From Candidatus Woesearchaeota archaeon (lineage in GTDB: Archaea; Nanobdellota; Nanobdellia; Woesearchaeales; JACJVW01), in contig JAWOGQ010000032.1 in assembly GCA_046496745.1 (NCBI GenBank), forward strand, positions 1 through 34,651: a DNA stretch of 34,651 nt, given 5' to 3'. Under the pieces are notes generated by a model. That model had not been told where the DNA came from. It made no database searches and saw only the letters and a program-made list of their open reading frames with translations. Of this stretch, positions 18,387-29,800 are shown in pieces; the stretch's first letter is position 1; every line of letters starts with the position of its first letter. The translations under genes were made by a program, and so were the position numbers.

Positions 18387-18983
18387 ATGTTTACTAATAA
18401 AGGTGAAATGGGTATAGGTACTCTGATAATATTTATAGCATTACTACTAGTTGCAGCAGTTGCAGCAGGCGTACTTATACAGACATCAGGTTCTCTTCAG
18501 GAGAAAGCATTGACAACGGGCGATCAGGCTAAAAGCCAGATTGCAACTAACGCGAAAGTTGTGGAAGTCTCTGCAACGGATGGCAGGCAAGGCGGACTGC
18601 GATATTTCACACAGATCGTGAAACTTGCTCCTGGTTCTGAATCAATCAAGCTTGATCAGACAATCATCACGTTCAACACATTTGATAAGACCGCAACACT
18701 GCAGTATGTGAACGGAACAGCTGAGAATAATTGTTCAACCGGGTATTGCACTGTGAATGGGACAGGAAATTATACTGTCGAATACTTGCAGACCGGGTCA
18801 AATCATGTGCCAGGAAATCTTCAAAGGGGAGATGTGATCAAGATCTATTACGAGGCACCAAAGAATGTCACTGAATCAGAAGAGGTCAGGATCAATTTGA
18901 TTCCTAAAATCGGGACTTCAACTCTGACCAAGTTCGTGACTCCAGAAGTGATCTCAACAGAAAGGGTATATCTGTACCCATAA
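18387..18983 (+). CDS. flaB: Archaellin (archaeal flagellin)
   Basis: Class III signal MFTNKG/EMGIGTLIIFIALLLVAAVAAGVLIQTSGSLQEKA; KLAPGS..IKL; GD motif; several N-x-S/T sequons. Confidence 0.95.
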   Translation: MFTNKGEMGIGTLIIFIALLLVAAVAAGVLIQTSGSLQEKALTTGDQAKSQIATNAKVVEVSATDGRQGGLRYFTQIVKLAPGSESIKLDQTIITFNTFDKTATLQYVNGTAENNCSTGYCTVNGTGNYTVEYLQTGSNHVPGNLQRGDVIKIYYEAPKNVTESEEVRINLIPKIGTSTLTKFVTPEVISTERVYLYP

Positions 18984-18996
18984 AAGAGGTGTAATA

Positions 18997-19203
18997 ATGA
19001 CGCGTGTTCATTCGCATGTACTGGAGAAAGTAATCAGTCTGGTAATGTTCCTGTTCGGGCTTGGCGCAGTCTGGATCTTTGCGACTGCCTGGACGAAGGG
19101 CATGGATCCAGGAGAGCTTGCAATCATTGAGATCCTTTTGATCATAGTGCTTGCGATCCTTGCACAGACTGTTATCCTTATCAGGATATACGACAAGAAA
19201 TAA
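18997..19203 (+). CDS. Small two-TM hypothetical protein, probably co-transcribed with flaB
   Basis: SD GAGGTG; two hydrophobic helices; followed by a T-run. Confidence 0.7.
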   Translation: MTRVHSHVLEKVISLVMFLFGLGAVWIFATAWTKGMDPGELAIIEILLIIVLAILAQTVILIRIYDKK

Positions 19204-19233
19204 TTTTTTTTTATAATTAATAAAGAAAAAAAA
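19204..19233. terminator. Bidirectional oligo-T terminator between convergent genes
   Basis: T9 at 19204-19212 on +; A8 at 19226-19233 (T8 on -). Confidence 0.55.
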
Positions 19234-19240
19234 TTCTGAT

Positions 19241-19933
19241 TTATATCTCTACAAACACATAGTAGTCTCTTGTTCCTGCATCGCTTGTTGGAACCATGAC
19301 CTGGTAGTTTGCAGCAGCTCCGTTGAATGCATCAGTTCCCTGGCCGATAATTCCTGCATAGATCTTGTTGTCGTTGTTATCCCACAAGAGCATTGAGTTC
19401 CATGCATCGGTTTCGTCTGACTGTTTTGTCACAGCGGTGAAGGTATTGTCTGCAGTTACGCTGAATACGTCAGAGTTTATTGCTGGGTGTGTTCCTGTTA
19501 CGAAAGTGGAGGTCACGTTGTCGCTTCCTGATAGGGAAAGTGCTGTGTCTTCTTGTTCTGTTCTTTCAGGCATTGATGTACCTCCTGAGACAGATGCCCA
19601 GTCAATGGTTGTTGCGTTTGCGAAGTATATGTTTCCGCTTGTTGCATTTTCAATTGTTGTCCAGTTGTAAGCGGTTGCTCCTGCACCATCCTGGAGGGTG
19701 AAGGATGCTTTTACAGTTCCGTAGTAGATCTGCCAGTTGTCTGTCTGACTGTCCTGGGTTGCGTTGAGTTCAGTGTAGTATCCGCCGTCTGCTGTTGTAC
19801 TTGTTGCTGCAACTGTGGGTTCGGAGTTGTCACCTGTCCCTTCGCTGATTGAAGCTCCGTTCGGGTCTGCGTAGATGCAGCTTGCAAAGAGCGTCAGTAC
19901 AACGCATGCGATTAGCAATGGTTTATATCTCAT
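19241..19933 (-). CDS. Secreted acidic beta-rich hypothetical protein (230 aa)
   Basis: Signal peptide; SD GAGGTGA; rich in T/D/A/G/S; no TM anchor; ends YYVFVEI. Confidence 0.85.
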   Translation of the reverse strand: MRYKPLLIACVVLTLFASCIYADPNGASISEGTGDNSEPTVAATSTTADGGYYTELNATQDSQTDNWQIYYGTVKASFTLQDGAGATAYNWTTIENATSGNIYFANATTIDWASVSGGTSMPERTEQEDTALSLSGSDNVTSTFVTGTHPAINSDVFSVTADNTFTAVTKQSDETDAWNSMLLWDNNDNKIYAGIIGQGTDAFNGAAANYQVMVPTSDAGTRDYYVFVEI

Positions 19934-19999
19934 TTTTTCACCTCTAGTTAGTATGCCTATAGCTCTTTTAAGCTTTTAATCTACCTTTATGTATACTAA

Positions 20000-20019
20000 T
20001 ATATAAATATTTTGGTTTT
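20000..20019 (-). promoter_or_regulatory. BRE/TATA for the 230-aa gene
   Basis: AAAACCAAAATATTTATATA on the - strand. Confidence 0.6.
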
Positions 20020-20293
20020 GGGTACTAGGATTGATAAATTATATAGCTCCTGAGTCTGGATTCTGAATTTGGTTGTTTTTCTTTCTTCGACGGGGTTTTA
20101 TTTTTTCTTATTCTGTATAATTTCAGGAAATCTATTATTTTTTTCTTTTTTTTATTTTTTCAGGAAATATTATTGTGTTTCTCCCCGGTAAAATTTTTTT
20201 ATAATTTTCACTTGTTTCTTATGGCTTTAAATATATTTTAGAAAGTTATATAAAGGTGTTTTCTCATTTTTAATAAAACAGGACGGGACCATC

Positions 20294-20860
20294 TTGGAAC
20301 AGCAAAAAGAGTTAACATATTTGAATCCTTCTGAGGTCAGCACTTTATTAGATGGCATCCCGCGTACTCGTGACAAGGTTCTTTTGTCTTTGCTCTATGA
20401 GCTTGGCTGCAGTTTAAGGGAGCTTGTTAATATCCGTGTCCGGGATGTTTCCTTTGAGGAGCATGGCATTGCAATCCCTGGTTCTCATACAAAAAGGTGC
20501 GAGCGGTTCTGCCTTGTCTCTTCAAGGACCCTTGATCTTTTGCGAAGCTATCTTGACGAGGAGAATCTTCTTAAAAAGAGGCTTTCCTATATATTCTCGT
20601 CAAGCCATGGCGGCCATATGACTGTAAGAAGGATAACCCAGCTTATCCATAATATCCTGAACGATGCTGGTTTCGAAGACAGGGCAAACCCGCAGGTACT
20701 CAAGTATTCACATATAATAAACGCTTACCAGGCAAATGTGCCTATTTCAGCAATCCAGAAGCAAGTTGGACTTACAAAGCACCGGCTCGTATCAATCCTT
20801 CTTGAGGTTGATACTGAAGCGGGTATCGAGCATTACGAGAAATTTCTGGCGCATGAGTAA
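20294..20860 (+). CDS. Tyrosine recombinase (Xer/integrase) catalytic-fold protein, apparently inactive
   Basis: YLNPSEV..LL, RDKVLLSLLYELGCSLRELVNIRVRDV, TKRCER, YIF, MTVRRITQLI, NPQVLKYSH, IQKQVG. TTG start is uncertain. Confidence 0.85.
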   Translation: MEQQKELTYLNPSEVSTLLDGIPRTRDKVLLSLLYELGCSLRELVNIRVRDVSFEEHGIAIPGSHTKRCERFCLVSSRTLDLLRSYLDEENLLKKRLSYIFSSSHGGHMTVRRITQLIHNILNDAGFEDRANPQVLKYSHIINAYQANVPISAIQKQVGLTKHRLVSILLEVDTEAGIEHYEKFLAHE

Positions 20861-23800
20861 CATAGTAAAAAGAGGGATGGTGTATATCTTGTTCTTGCTA
20901 GTTGTTGCTCTAGTGCATGGGCAGGAGGTCTCTGTTGATCTTGATACTGGCTCTGGCTATGCGAAAGGTGATAGCGGGGATATCCTTGCATCAACCTCTA
21001 TCAATGGAATAAAGGTCTTGTCAATCCCGATGGAGCTTGAGGTCACATCTCCTGATGGGTTTGTTGAAAGATTCAACTTCAGCAACAAGTTTGATGGCAA
21101 TCAAAAACTGACTTATGAGTTTGAGCACTCCGGAGAGTATGTGATGGAGGCCATCGCAGAGGTCAGTGGTGTTGAGTATTCTGAGAAGAAGACAGTAGAG
21201 GTTGCAAAGCCTGCAATCGATTTCAATCTTTCAGTCGATACAGTCCTTTCAGGTGTCAAGGGAAATATAACACTGAACGGAGGAAAGGTTGATATCCTGC
21301 TTTTTGATCCATCTTCAAAACAGGTGACCCCTCTTTGTAATTTTGAATGCACTAATTGTTCTTTCTCTTGTGATACTGATTTCTCCAAACAGGCTTATAC
21401 ACTTATCGCAAAGGCGACAGTCAATGGGATCCAGTATATGAGGACTCAGCCTTTATACCTTTCAGACAAGGAGTACATGGGGGAATGTGCAGATGATCTT
21501 TCTGGAAAGGTCGGTTCCCAGGTGAGGTTTCCTTTCTCAGGTGACTCTTTTGAGATAATAGGCCCTAATCAATTCTATGAGAGGAGCGGGATGCCTTTCT
21601 TTACCCCGCCTCACGAGGGGTTGTATGATATCTTTGCAATAGGTGATGATATATGTCTTGCAAGGGTTAATGTTTCAAGGCAGGATGATACGCTTTATGT
21701 TGATGAGTTCCCTTTTGACCTGGTCTACCATCCGGAATACGGGACAGCTTTCATCCGCGCAAAAATAAATCTGACCAACCATTCAAAGGTCCAGTTCAGC
21801 GGACTGGAAGATCATATAGTAAGCGTTTTCGATCTTGATGCTGGAAAAGAGCTCGATCCATCAGCTATCGAACCTGAAGGAGAAGAGCTTTTGCTTGGTG
21901 TAGATCTGAAGCGTTATGGCGGAAAGACCTTGCTTGCAGAACCTTTTGATTATGAAAGGGATGAGAGGGATCATGGCGCTTTGATCTCTATCGCTTCCAA
22001 ATATTCTGACTTTTATATCCCTCTGGATGATCATGTCTATGATGTTTACTCTGAGACGTATGAGGATCCTGTGTTGTATGATGATTTTTTCATCGGCAAA
22101 CCTGATGATTATGTTGTTTCGGTTCTTGAGCCTCTGGAAGAGACCATGTCTTTTGGCAATGAGACCTATAATGTGAGCCTGGACTGCGATTCTTTTGTTG
22201 TAGAGTCTTCTGATCCTGGTGAGTTCTATGTGAACGGGAAAGCTAAAGGAATAGTCAATGATACCCTTCAGGTTGAAGGGTGCGGTGACATGGTGCTTCG
22301 TTACGAGGGTGAGGCTTTTGATATTATGATTGATCGTAATATCACGGTTCAAGCTGACCTTCCTGATTACACGATAGTTGGAAACCAATCATTCTCATTT
22401 GAGGTTAGCCCTGAAGCTGACAGTTATAGTTATCGGATTCTAGATCTTTCAGGCAATGAGCATGATCTTGGAGAGAGCAATGTGTCAAGCAAGAATCTTG
22501 ACTTGCCTGCTGGAAGTTGGTATCTGCAGACAATGCTGCATTATGGTGAGAAGAACCGTTCATTTATCGAGAGCATCGATGTCTATGAAGGTGATAGTTT
22601 CTTCTTTGGCCCAGGGAAGAATGTCTCTATTACATCTGGAGAGACTGCTCTTCTGAAACACAGTCTTGTCAATGAGCTTTCTGCAGCAAGGAGTTTCAGG
22701 ATAAAGGTTCCTGAGGAGGTTACAGCTTTTATTGATGACGGGGATGACATGCGGGAACTTGAGTATGATGGAAGCTACCTGACCGGAGAGCTTGAGCCTT
22801 ATGAGAAACGCATAATCTTTTTTGAGATAACTCCTGTGAATGACACCTCTTTTAATATAGAAGTTTCATCGGAAGAACAGAGTGTGGAGAGGACCGACAG
22901 GGTTTTCATAGAATCATATCGTGATCTTTTTGCTGATCTTGATCTCTACCAACTCACCTTCGAGAACGGGACGATAGTAAGCAGGATAAGGAACAATAAT
23001 GACCGGGCAGAGAGTTTTGACCTGGAATTGAACATATTCGGTTCTTCTAATATAACACTAAAAGCGAATGCCACAGTACCTGCTGATTCAGAGATCACAA
23101 TCGAAAAGGATATCTTCATGAAACGTGGTCTTGTGAAGGCAGGGCTAATGGATGGAAAAGTGCCTTTCCATGACACTGACCTTTCAAATAATAATCGTTC
23201 ACTGGTATTTGGGAAGCCAGACATACCTTCAGCAGATTTTGTATACCGCATACCTGTATCTGAAAGGGAAGGGAGAGAACAGTATGATTACATGGTAAGG
23301 GTCAATCTTGATCCTTCAGGTATCGATCTTTCAAGCATAGGTTTTGTTTATCTTGACCATGAAGAGAGCTTCCTTTCAAAAAGCCCATCTTTTAGGGTTC
23401 TTGATACAAGGCCTTTCTCCCTGATATTCCCAATATCAAGGCTTCCTGCCAACAGGGAGAATACTGTATATCTTTACTACAATCACAGCGATACCCAGGA
23501 TACTGAATCTTTCATGAAGGAACATAACAGCAAGGTTGAATGGGATTCAGAATCATTCATCGACAATACTGATACCAATACGATCGGAAGGTGGGTCCCT
23601 GATTACGGTGTTTCAGGCTATCATGGGATGGATTACCTGCATGACCTTGACATGGGGAAGGGTGAGAAGTTTGTAGTCTATCCATTTGATTACAAGGAAG
23701 CAGGTTATGAGTTATATTATCATAGTCCTGTGGATTCGAGCTTTTCAAGGTCAACTAAATGCACTGTGAATCACAAGCATGGTACGGATACATTCAGTAT

Positions 23801-26800
23801 AGACCAGACAAGGGATGATGTGAGTTACCTCGGGATGTATGATCTTGATGAGGATAGCAGCCTTGTCATCCATAATACCCAGACAAAAGGGGTTGTTGTT
23901 GCTGATGCTTTCAGGCTGATAAGGATCGATCATCTTGCGCAGCCGGAACTTGAAACCTGGGATGGTCCCAGCAACATGACACTTTACAGGACACTTTCTA
24001 ACACTTCCTTTGCCAGGGTGAATGTAAGGGAATACATGGAAGGCAATCTTTCTTTTGAAGCAAAGGGGCTTTTGTATGAGTTTGATGATCCTTATCTTAA
24101 CCTGACGCTAGAGGACTATTTCGGGAAGATTATTGTTGAGGGGCATAATACTTCCCTTACAATCTATGTCAGCAAGAATCGTGAGACCAAAAGCAAGGTG
24201 GTCTCTGACATTGAGATCGGAAAGCCGGTCAAATGGCGTGTTCCTTTGGATGGTTCTGCTGCCATCCCAAATGATGTCGAAAACATTAGTTCTGATGATG
24301 TCGTAATCTCTGTTGATGGGAAAGATATCAGTGTTTCAGAGTTCAGGGACCTGAAGAAAGCAAAGCGACTGAAAGGTAAGCTTAAGGATATGAAAGGTCT
24401 TGGAAAATCCTTTGCAAGGTCAAAGGTTAAGTCAGAGATAGAGGAACTTGAGAGAAACTTGCCAAATGTCAACATCACCAAAAATCTGACTGTGAGATCT
24501 GACTCTCTTGAGTTTGTCGAGTATACAACCTCTGCTCCTAAGCTGAAGAAGCTTGAGGATAAAGAAGCATTGAGCAGGGTCAAAGTATATTCTAATGTTT
24601 CAATGCATTATCATAATATCACATCATATACAGACATTCCCGCCACTGCTGTGAAACCCAGGCTTTATCACGTGATAGAAGGTAAACGCCATGACATCAC
24701 CAATGATGACCGTTATAATGTGACCTTCTATGACACGGATGGCGATGATCTGTATGATCATGTGCGCTGGATCGTTCCCCAGCTTTCGGAACAATATTTC
24801 GAAGTAGGTGTCGCAACCATCAACACTAATAAATCATTATATCATCCAGGTGAGACTGCCAGGATAATGGCAGCGGTTCTTGACAATGAGGGTTATCTTG
24901 TCTCTGACGCAGATGTTCATATCAGGGTCACTGACCCGTATAATTCAACTGTCACCTTCTCAGATGTTACAGAGGTGTCTCAAGGAATATATGCAGTCAA
25001 TTATGATACCACGTATCCTGGTGACCATGAGATATCTGTCCATGCGAATGCTTCAGGTGTCAATAATTCCATGTATTCGATGTTCAAGGTAAAAGAAGAT
25101 TATGAGTTTGATATAATAAGGGATGTACCAATGGCAACAGACCCATGGAAAGGCTCATTCAGATCAGAGATAACAATCTATTCAACATCAAATGAAACAT
25201 TCAGCTTTATCGAGCGTTTGCCTGAAAACCTTTCACTGACTGAAGCTAAAGGGGCAGACATATCACAGAACGGAACATACCTTGAATGGTCAAATCTTAC
25301 AAATGGTTCAGTCGTAGAATATTATGCCCGGCCTCCGCTTGTTGCGCCTGATGTCTATGAGCTTGGTCCGGCACAGGTGAGATATGGGAATGTTACATTT
25401 GAAGAGGCACGTCCATGGTATCTTGCAATTGACCCGCTTGAACCTCAGGTCAAGTATTGCACCAGCATAACCACCACAGGTACAGCAACAAATGACAATA
25501 CAGGAACCTGTGCCCAGGTCAATGCAAGTGATGATGTCAACCCTGCAGGAGGGGATAACGCGCTTGAAGCAGACAGTGATGGGGGTAATGCAGTAGCTGT
25601 TGTCACTTTTGACAGCAATAGCAATCCTTACTATCCGGTTGTTGATGCTAAGCTTACCATGGAATGGGCTGTAGAAGATACAGGAGGTAATACCTGTGCT
25701 ATTGATATCAACAATGGTTCAGGATGGCATAACATACATAATGACTGTACTGGCCATGGTGGAACCGCGACATCTGACATTGTTGCAAGCTATGATGTAT
25801 CAGCCCACATTCCAAACGGGGAGGTTGCTAATGGGTTTCAGGTAAGGCTGACCTATGCTGCAAGTGCTGATGGCGCTGGATGGGATCCTGACACCACTGA
25901 TGAATTGTATTTTGATCATGTGATGCTTGACCTTAACCTGACCAGTCCTCCTGGATACAGTATCTGGGGCCTTAATGTCTCAAATGGTGATGATGTTGTC
26001 AGGGGAGAGAATATCCTTGCTTATGCTTACTGGAACTATACTGACGGTATCTCTGATGCATTGCTTGAGCATGACGGGTCGGGTTCATATACCAATTATA
26101 CCATACCTTCACCATATACCGCTGACTGGACTAATTATACGATGGATACTTCAAACACAACACGTTTTGCTGGTGTTGGCAGAGTAACCGTCAGTTCCAT
26201 ACATGCGCGTGATGTTGATGGATACAAGGCAACAAGCCCTTCAAAATATTTCTATCTCTATGGTTATTCAAATATCTCAGAATCAACCCTGAGCTCTGCG
26301 GTAGTCAATGAGAGTGAATCCGCAACCTTCTCATGCAGGGTCCTGGACAATGATCTTGGAACTCCTATCCTGGATTATACAGTATATTTCTATAAGGAAG
26401 GGGTGTACATGACAAGTGTGAAGACAGACTCAACAGGATGGGCTGATTATACTGATAGCTACGATACACCAGGAACATCTGGCCTTTCATGTTCTATCTC
26501 AGATTCGGGATATTACATCGCAAATGCCAATGAGTCAAGTACATCCATAACTGTGCATGATCATTCAGTGCCAAGCATAGACCTTCTAAGTCCGGATGAC
26601 AATGTACAGGATATTGATGGGAATATCACATTCGTATTCAATGTTAGCGATGAATGGTCAGGGATCGATAATTGTTCACTTGTGATAAATGGAAGCGTCA
26701 ATCATACCGGTCCAGCATCAGAGGTCGGCAATAATAGCATCGACACAATGCTTCCCTTTGGTGTATGGGAATGGAACATAAATTGTACAGACGATTCTGT

Positions 26801-29800
26801 CAATAATAATGAGGGCAGCTCGGAGAAACGTATAATCAACGTCGCACCTGATACAACCCCTCCTTCGATAGACCACCAGGAACCGCCTGATGGTGTTGAT
26901 ACCGGACGAAATGTTACCCTGATATTCAATGCAACAGATGAATTAAGCAATGTAAGTTCCTGTACCCTTATCTTTGATGGTATAGAAAACCAGACGGAAA
27001 GCTCCATTGTTGATGGTGAATGGATATCGATGAATCTTACAAACCTTGATTCAGGAATCCATACCTGGAGGGTAAACTGTTCAGATGATTCTCCTGCAGA
27101 GAACTGGGACAGGAGTTCCACCTGGACATTCAATGTTGGAGAGGACAAGAGCCCTCCTGATATAACCCTTTACTCCCCTGAGAATGATTCAATCGATACA
27201 GATGGGAATGTGTCTTTCATATACAATGCATCAGATTTCATGTCAGACGTTGCCAGTTGTTCCCTCTATATCAATGGAAGCCTTAACCAGACCAGTACAT
27301 CAATCAATGATTCGACACAGTCTTTCTTCATACCTGATATGGCTGAAGGGGACTGGTACTATTTCATCAATTGCACTGATAACTCTGCCAACAGCAACAC
27401 AGGAAAGAGTGAAGTCAGGTACTTTACAGTTGACTATGATTTCCTTGAACCTGATGTGACACTTATTGATCCTTTGAACTACTTCTCCACTGTAACAGGA
27501 GATATAACTTTCACATACAATGTCACTGATGAGAGCTCTATAGATAGTTGTTCACTCATAATAGATGGAATGATTAACAAGACTGATGATACTATCAGCA
27601 AGAATTCGGAGCAGACATTCTCGCTTACTGGTCTTTCTGATGGAAACTACACCTGGGCAGTCAACTGTACTGATGCAAGCGATGGAATGTATACAGGCGG
27701 GTCAGAAACAAGGAATTTCTCAGTGGGTCCTGATGAAGAAGGGCCGGTCATAACTCTTTTCGCCCCAATCAATGATTCGGTTGATACTGATGGATCTGTC
27801 TCTTTCACTTACAAGGTTGTTGATGCGACATCAGGAATAGACAGCTGTAAGCTTTATGTGGATGGGACAATTGAGGATACTGATACCTCTGTACTGGAGG
27901 ATGAGGAACAATCGCTGAGCGCAACACTTGGTGATGGGATGTATGACTGGAATATCAATTGCACTGATGATTCACCACAGAAGAATATGGGTAGTAGTGA
28001 AGTAAGGATTCTTAATGTCTCCATAACATATGAGACAGATTATTCTATCACCATGGATGACCATTATGTCTCGCAGGGTGAATACATGCAGGCGGATGTG
28101 TATCTTGAGGATGGCCTTGGTTCATCAATAACCGGAGCTGATGCGTATGGCTATATCATCCGTAATCCTGGTGTGGATAACCAGACTTTACCTTGGACAA
28201 ACAGTTCATTCCCATTAAGAAAAGAGATACCATTAACTAATACTGGGGGAGAAGGGATACAAAATGCTCCTGTTAGCCTTACTCTTGATACTGCATCAAT
28301 AATTGCGGCAGGTGACATGGATGCTGCCTGTAATGACCTGCGGTTTGGTGATCAGGGCAATTATGAACTTGATTATTATTTCTGGGATGCTGATACAGGT
28401 TGTGATGACCCGGCTTCACCTGTCCTTGTCAAGGTGAAAAGGGTCTGGCCTTCTGCAACAAACAGGATAGGTATGTATTATGGCAATGCAGCTGCAAGCA
28501 GCTCTGAAAACAGGGATGCATTTCCTGTGGTGGATAATTTCGATGATGGTGACACTTTTGCAAGCAATTACTGGGGAACAGTCTATTCCAATGCTGATGA
28601 TGAATGGGAAATATCTGGAGCCTCTGCATATGATGGTGGTAATGCTGCAAGATCACAGATATACGATGAAGCAGGTTCTTCTCGCGATTCATCCTTTGGA
28701 AAGGAGATCGAAGTCACAGCAAATTCAACCCTCCATTGGCACTGGCGTGTCAGCAGTGGTAACGCGCAATTGACATTCTATCTTGATGGTACTGCAGTTG
28801 ATACGACAACAAGCACCACTTATGTTGCGGGAAGCCAGGCAATAACTCCTGGAACCCATACTATAAGATGGGAATTCAACCATCCAGGTGATGGTGCTGG
28901 CTGGGCTCCTACAACTTACAGTGGTTTTGCTGACCAGATATACCTTGTATCAGACAATATAGTCCAGGGTACTACTACATCAGAATCAGAATTCGTGGAG
29001 ACCCTCGTAAAGCAAACTACTGATTCAAATGGCAGGGCAACTCTTGCATGGGATACAAGGGGTTTTGCTGCAGGAGATTATTCAATAACAGGCTATGGCT
29101 CAAAGGGTTCTTACTGGGAAGATAATGGATTTTTCAATTTCAGGCTCGGACCTGATATCGAAAGCCCATGGTATACAGAATGGGGGCTTAACATAAGTGA
29201 TGGGGACATTGTTGTCAGGAATGAGAAGGTGAAGGCTTATTCATACTGGCATGATCTTGTCAACCTGAGCTCTGGACTGATCCAGCATACTGGAGAGGGA
29301 ACTGAAAATAATTACAGCATTGCAATCGATAAGGACAGGTCAGCATGGGCCAATTATACTCTTGATACAGCAAGTCCGCAGTTCACCACATTAGGAAGAG
29401 TCAATGTGACAACAATACATGTGAATGATTCTTCTGATAACTGGAACAAGACCAGCCCTGTGAAATATTTCAGGCTTTTTTCGACGTCTGAGTTGAATGA
29501 TTCAGCACTTAATATGACTGCGGTCTCTGAAGGGAATTATTTTAATGCAAGCTGTCATGTACGTGATGAGTTTGACAATACATCAATACAAGGATATAAT
29601 GTTAGTTTCTATCTTGATGGGAACTACAAAGGAGAGGCAGTGACAGATGCAACAGGGTGGGCAGAACTATCAATCCAGGCTACCTCTGTAGGGGATAACA
29701 CACCTGTATTATGCAAGATCATCGACCAGCCTGGGATAAACTATTATAGCGGTGAACCTTATAATCTGACAACTTATATTGATGTGACGGATATGGTTCC

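Noticed and set aside
19986-20007. Possible dif-like site near the Xer-like gene
   Set aside because: Only a low-complexity AT inverted repeat overlapping a TATA box; no convincing 11-6-11 structure.
20736-20852. ORF-track N-terminal extension or frameshift fusion of the recombinase and giant protein
   Set aside because: ATG 20853 directly starts a signal peptide and no slippery site was seen. Similar over-extensions at 349, 13290, 17109 and 18372 were trimmed.
12960-20860. Integrated element using a tRNA as att site with the Xer-like gene
   Set aside because: I saw no duplicated tRNA 3' end, the cargo is housekeeping and archaellum genes, and the recombinase appears inactive.
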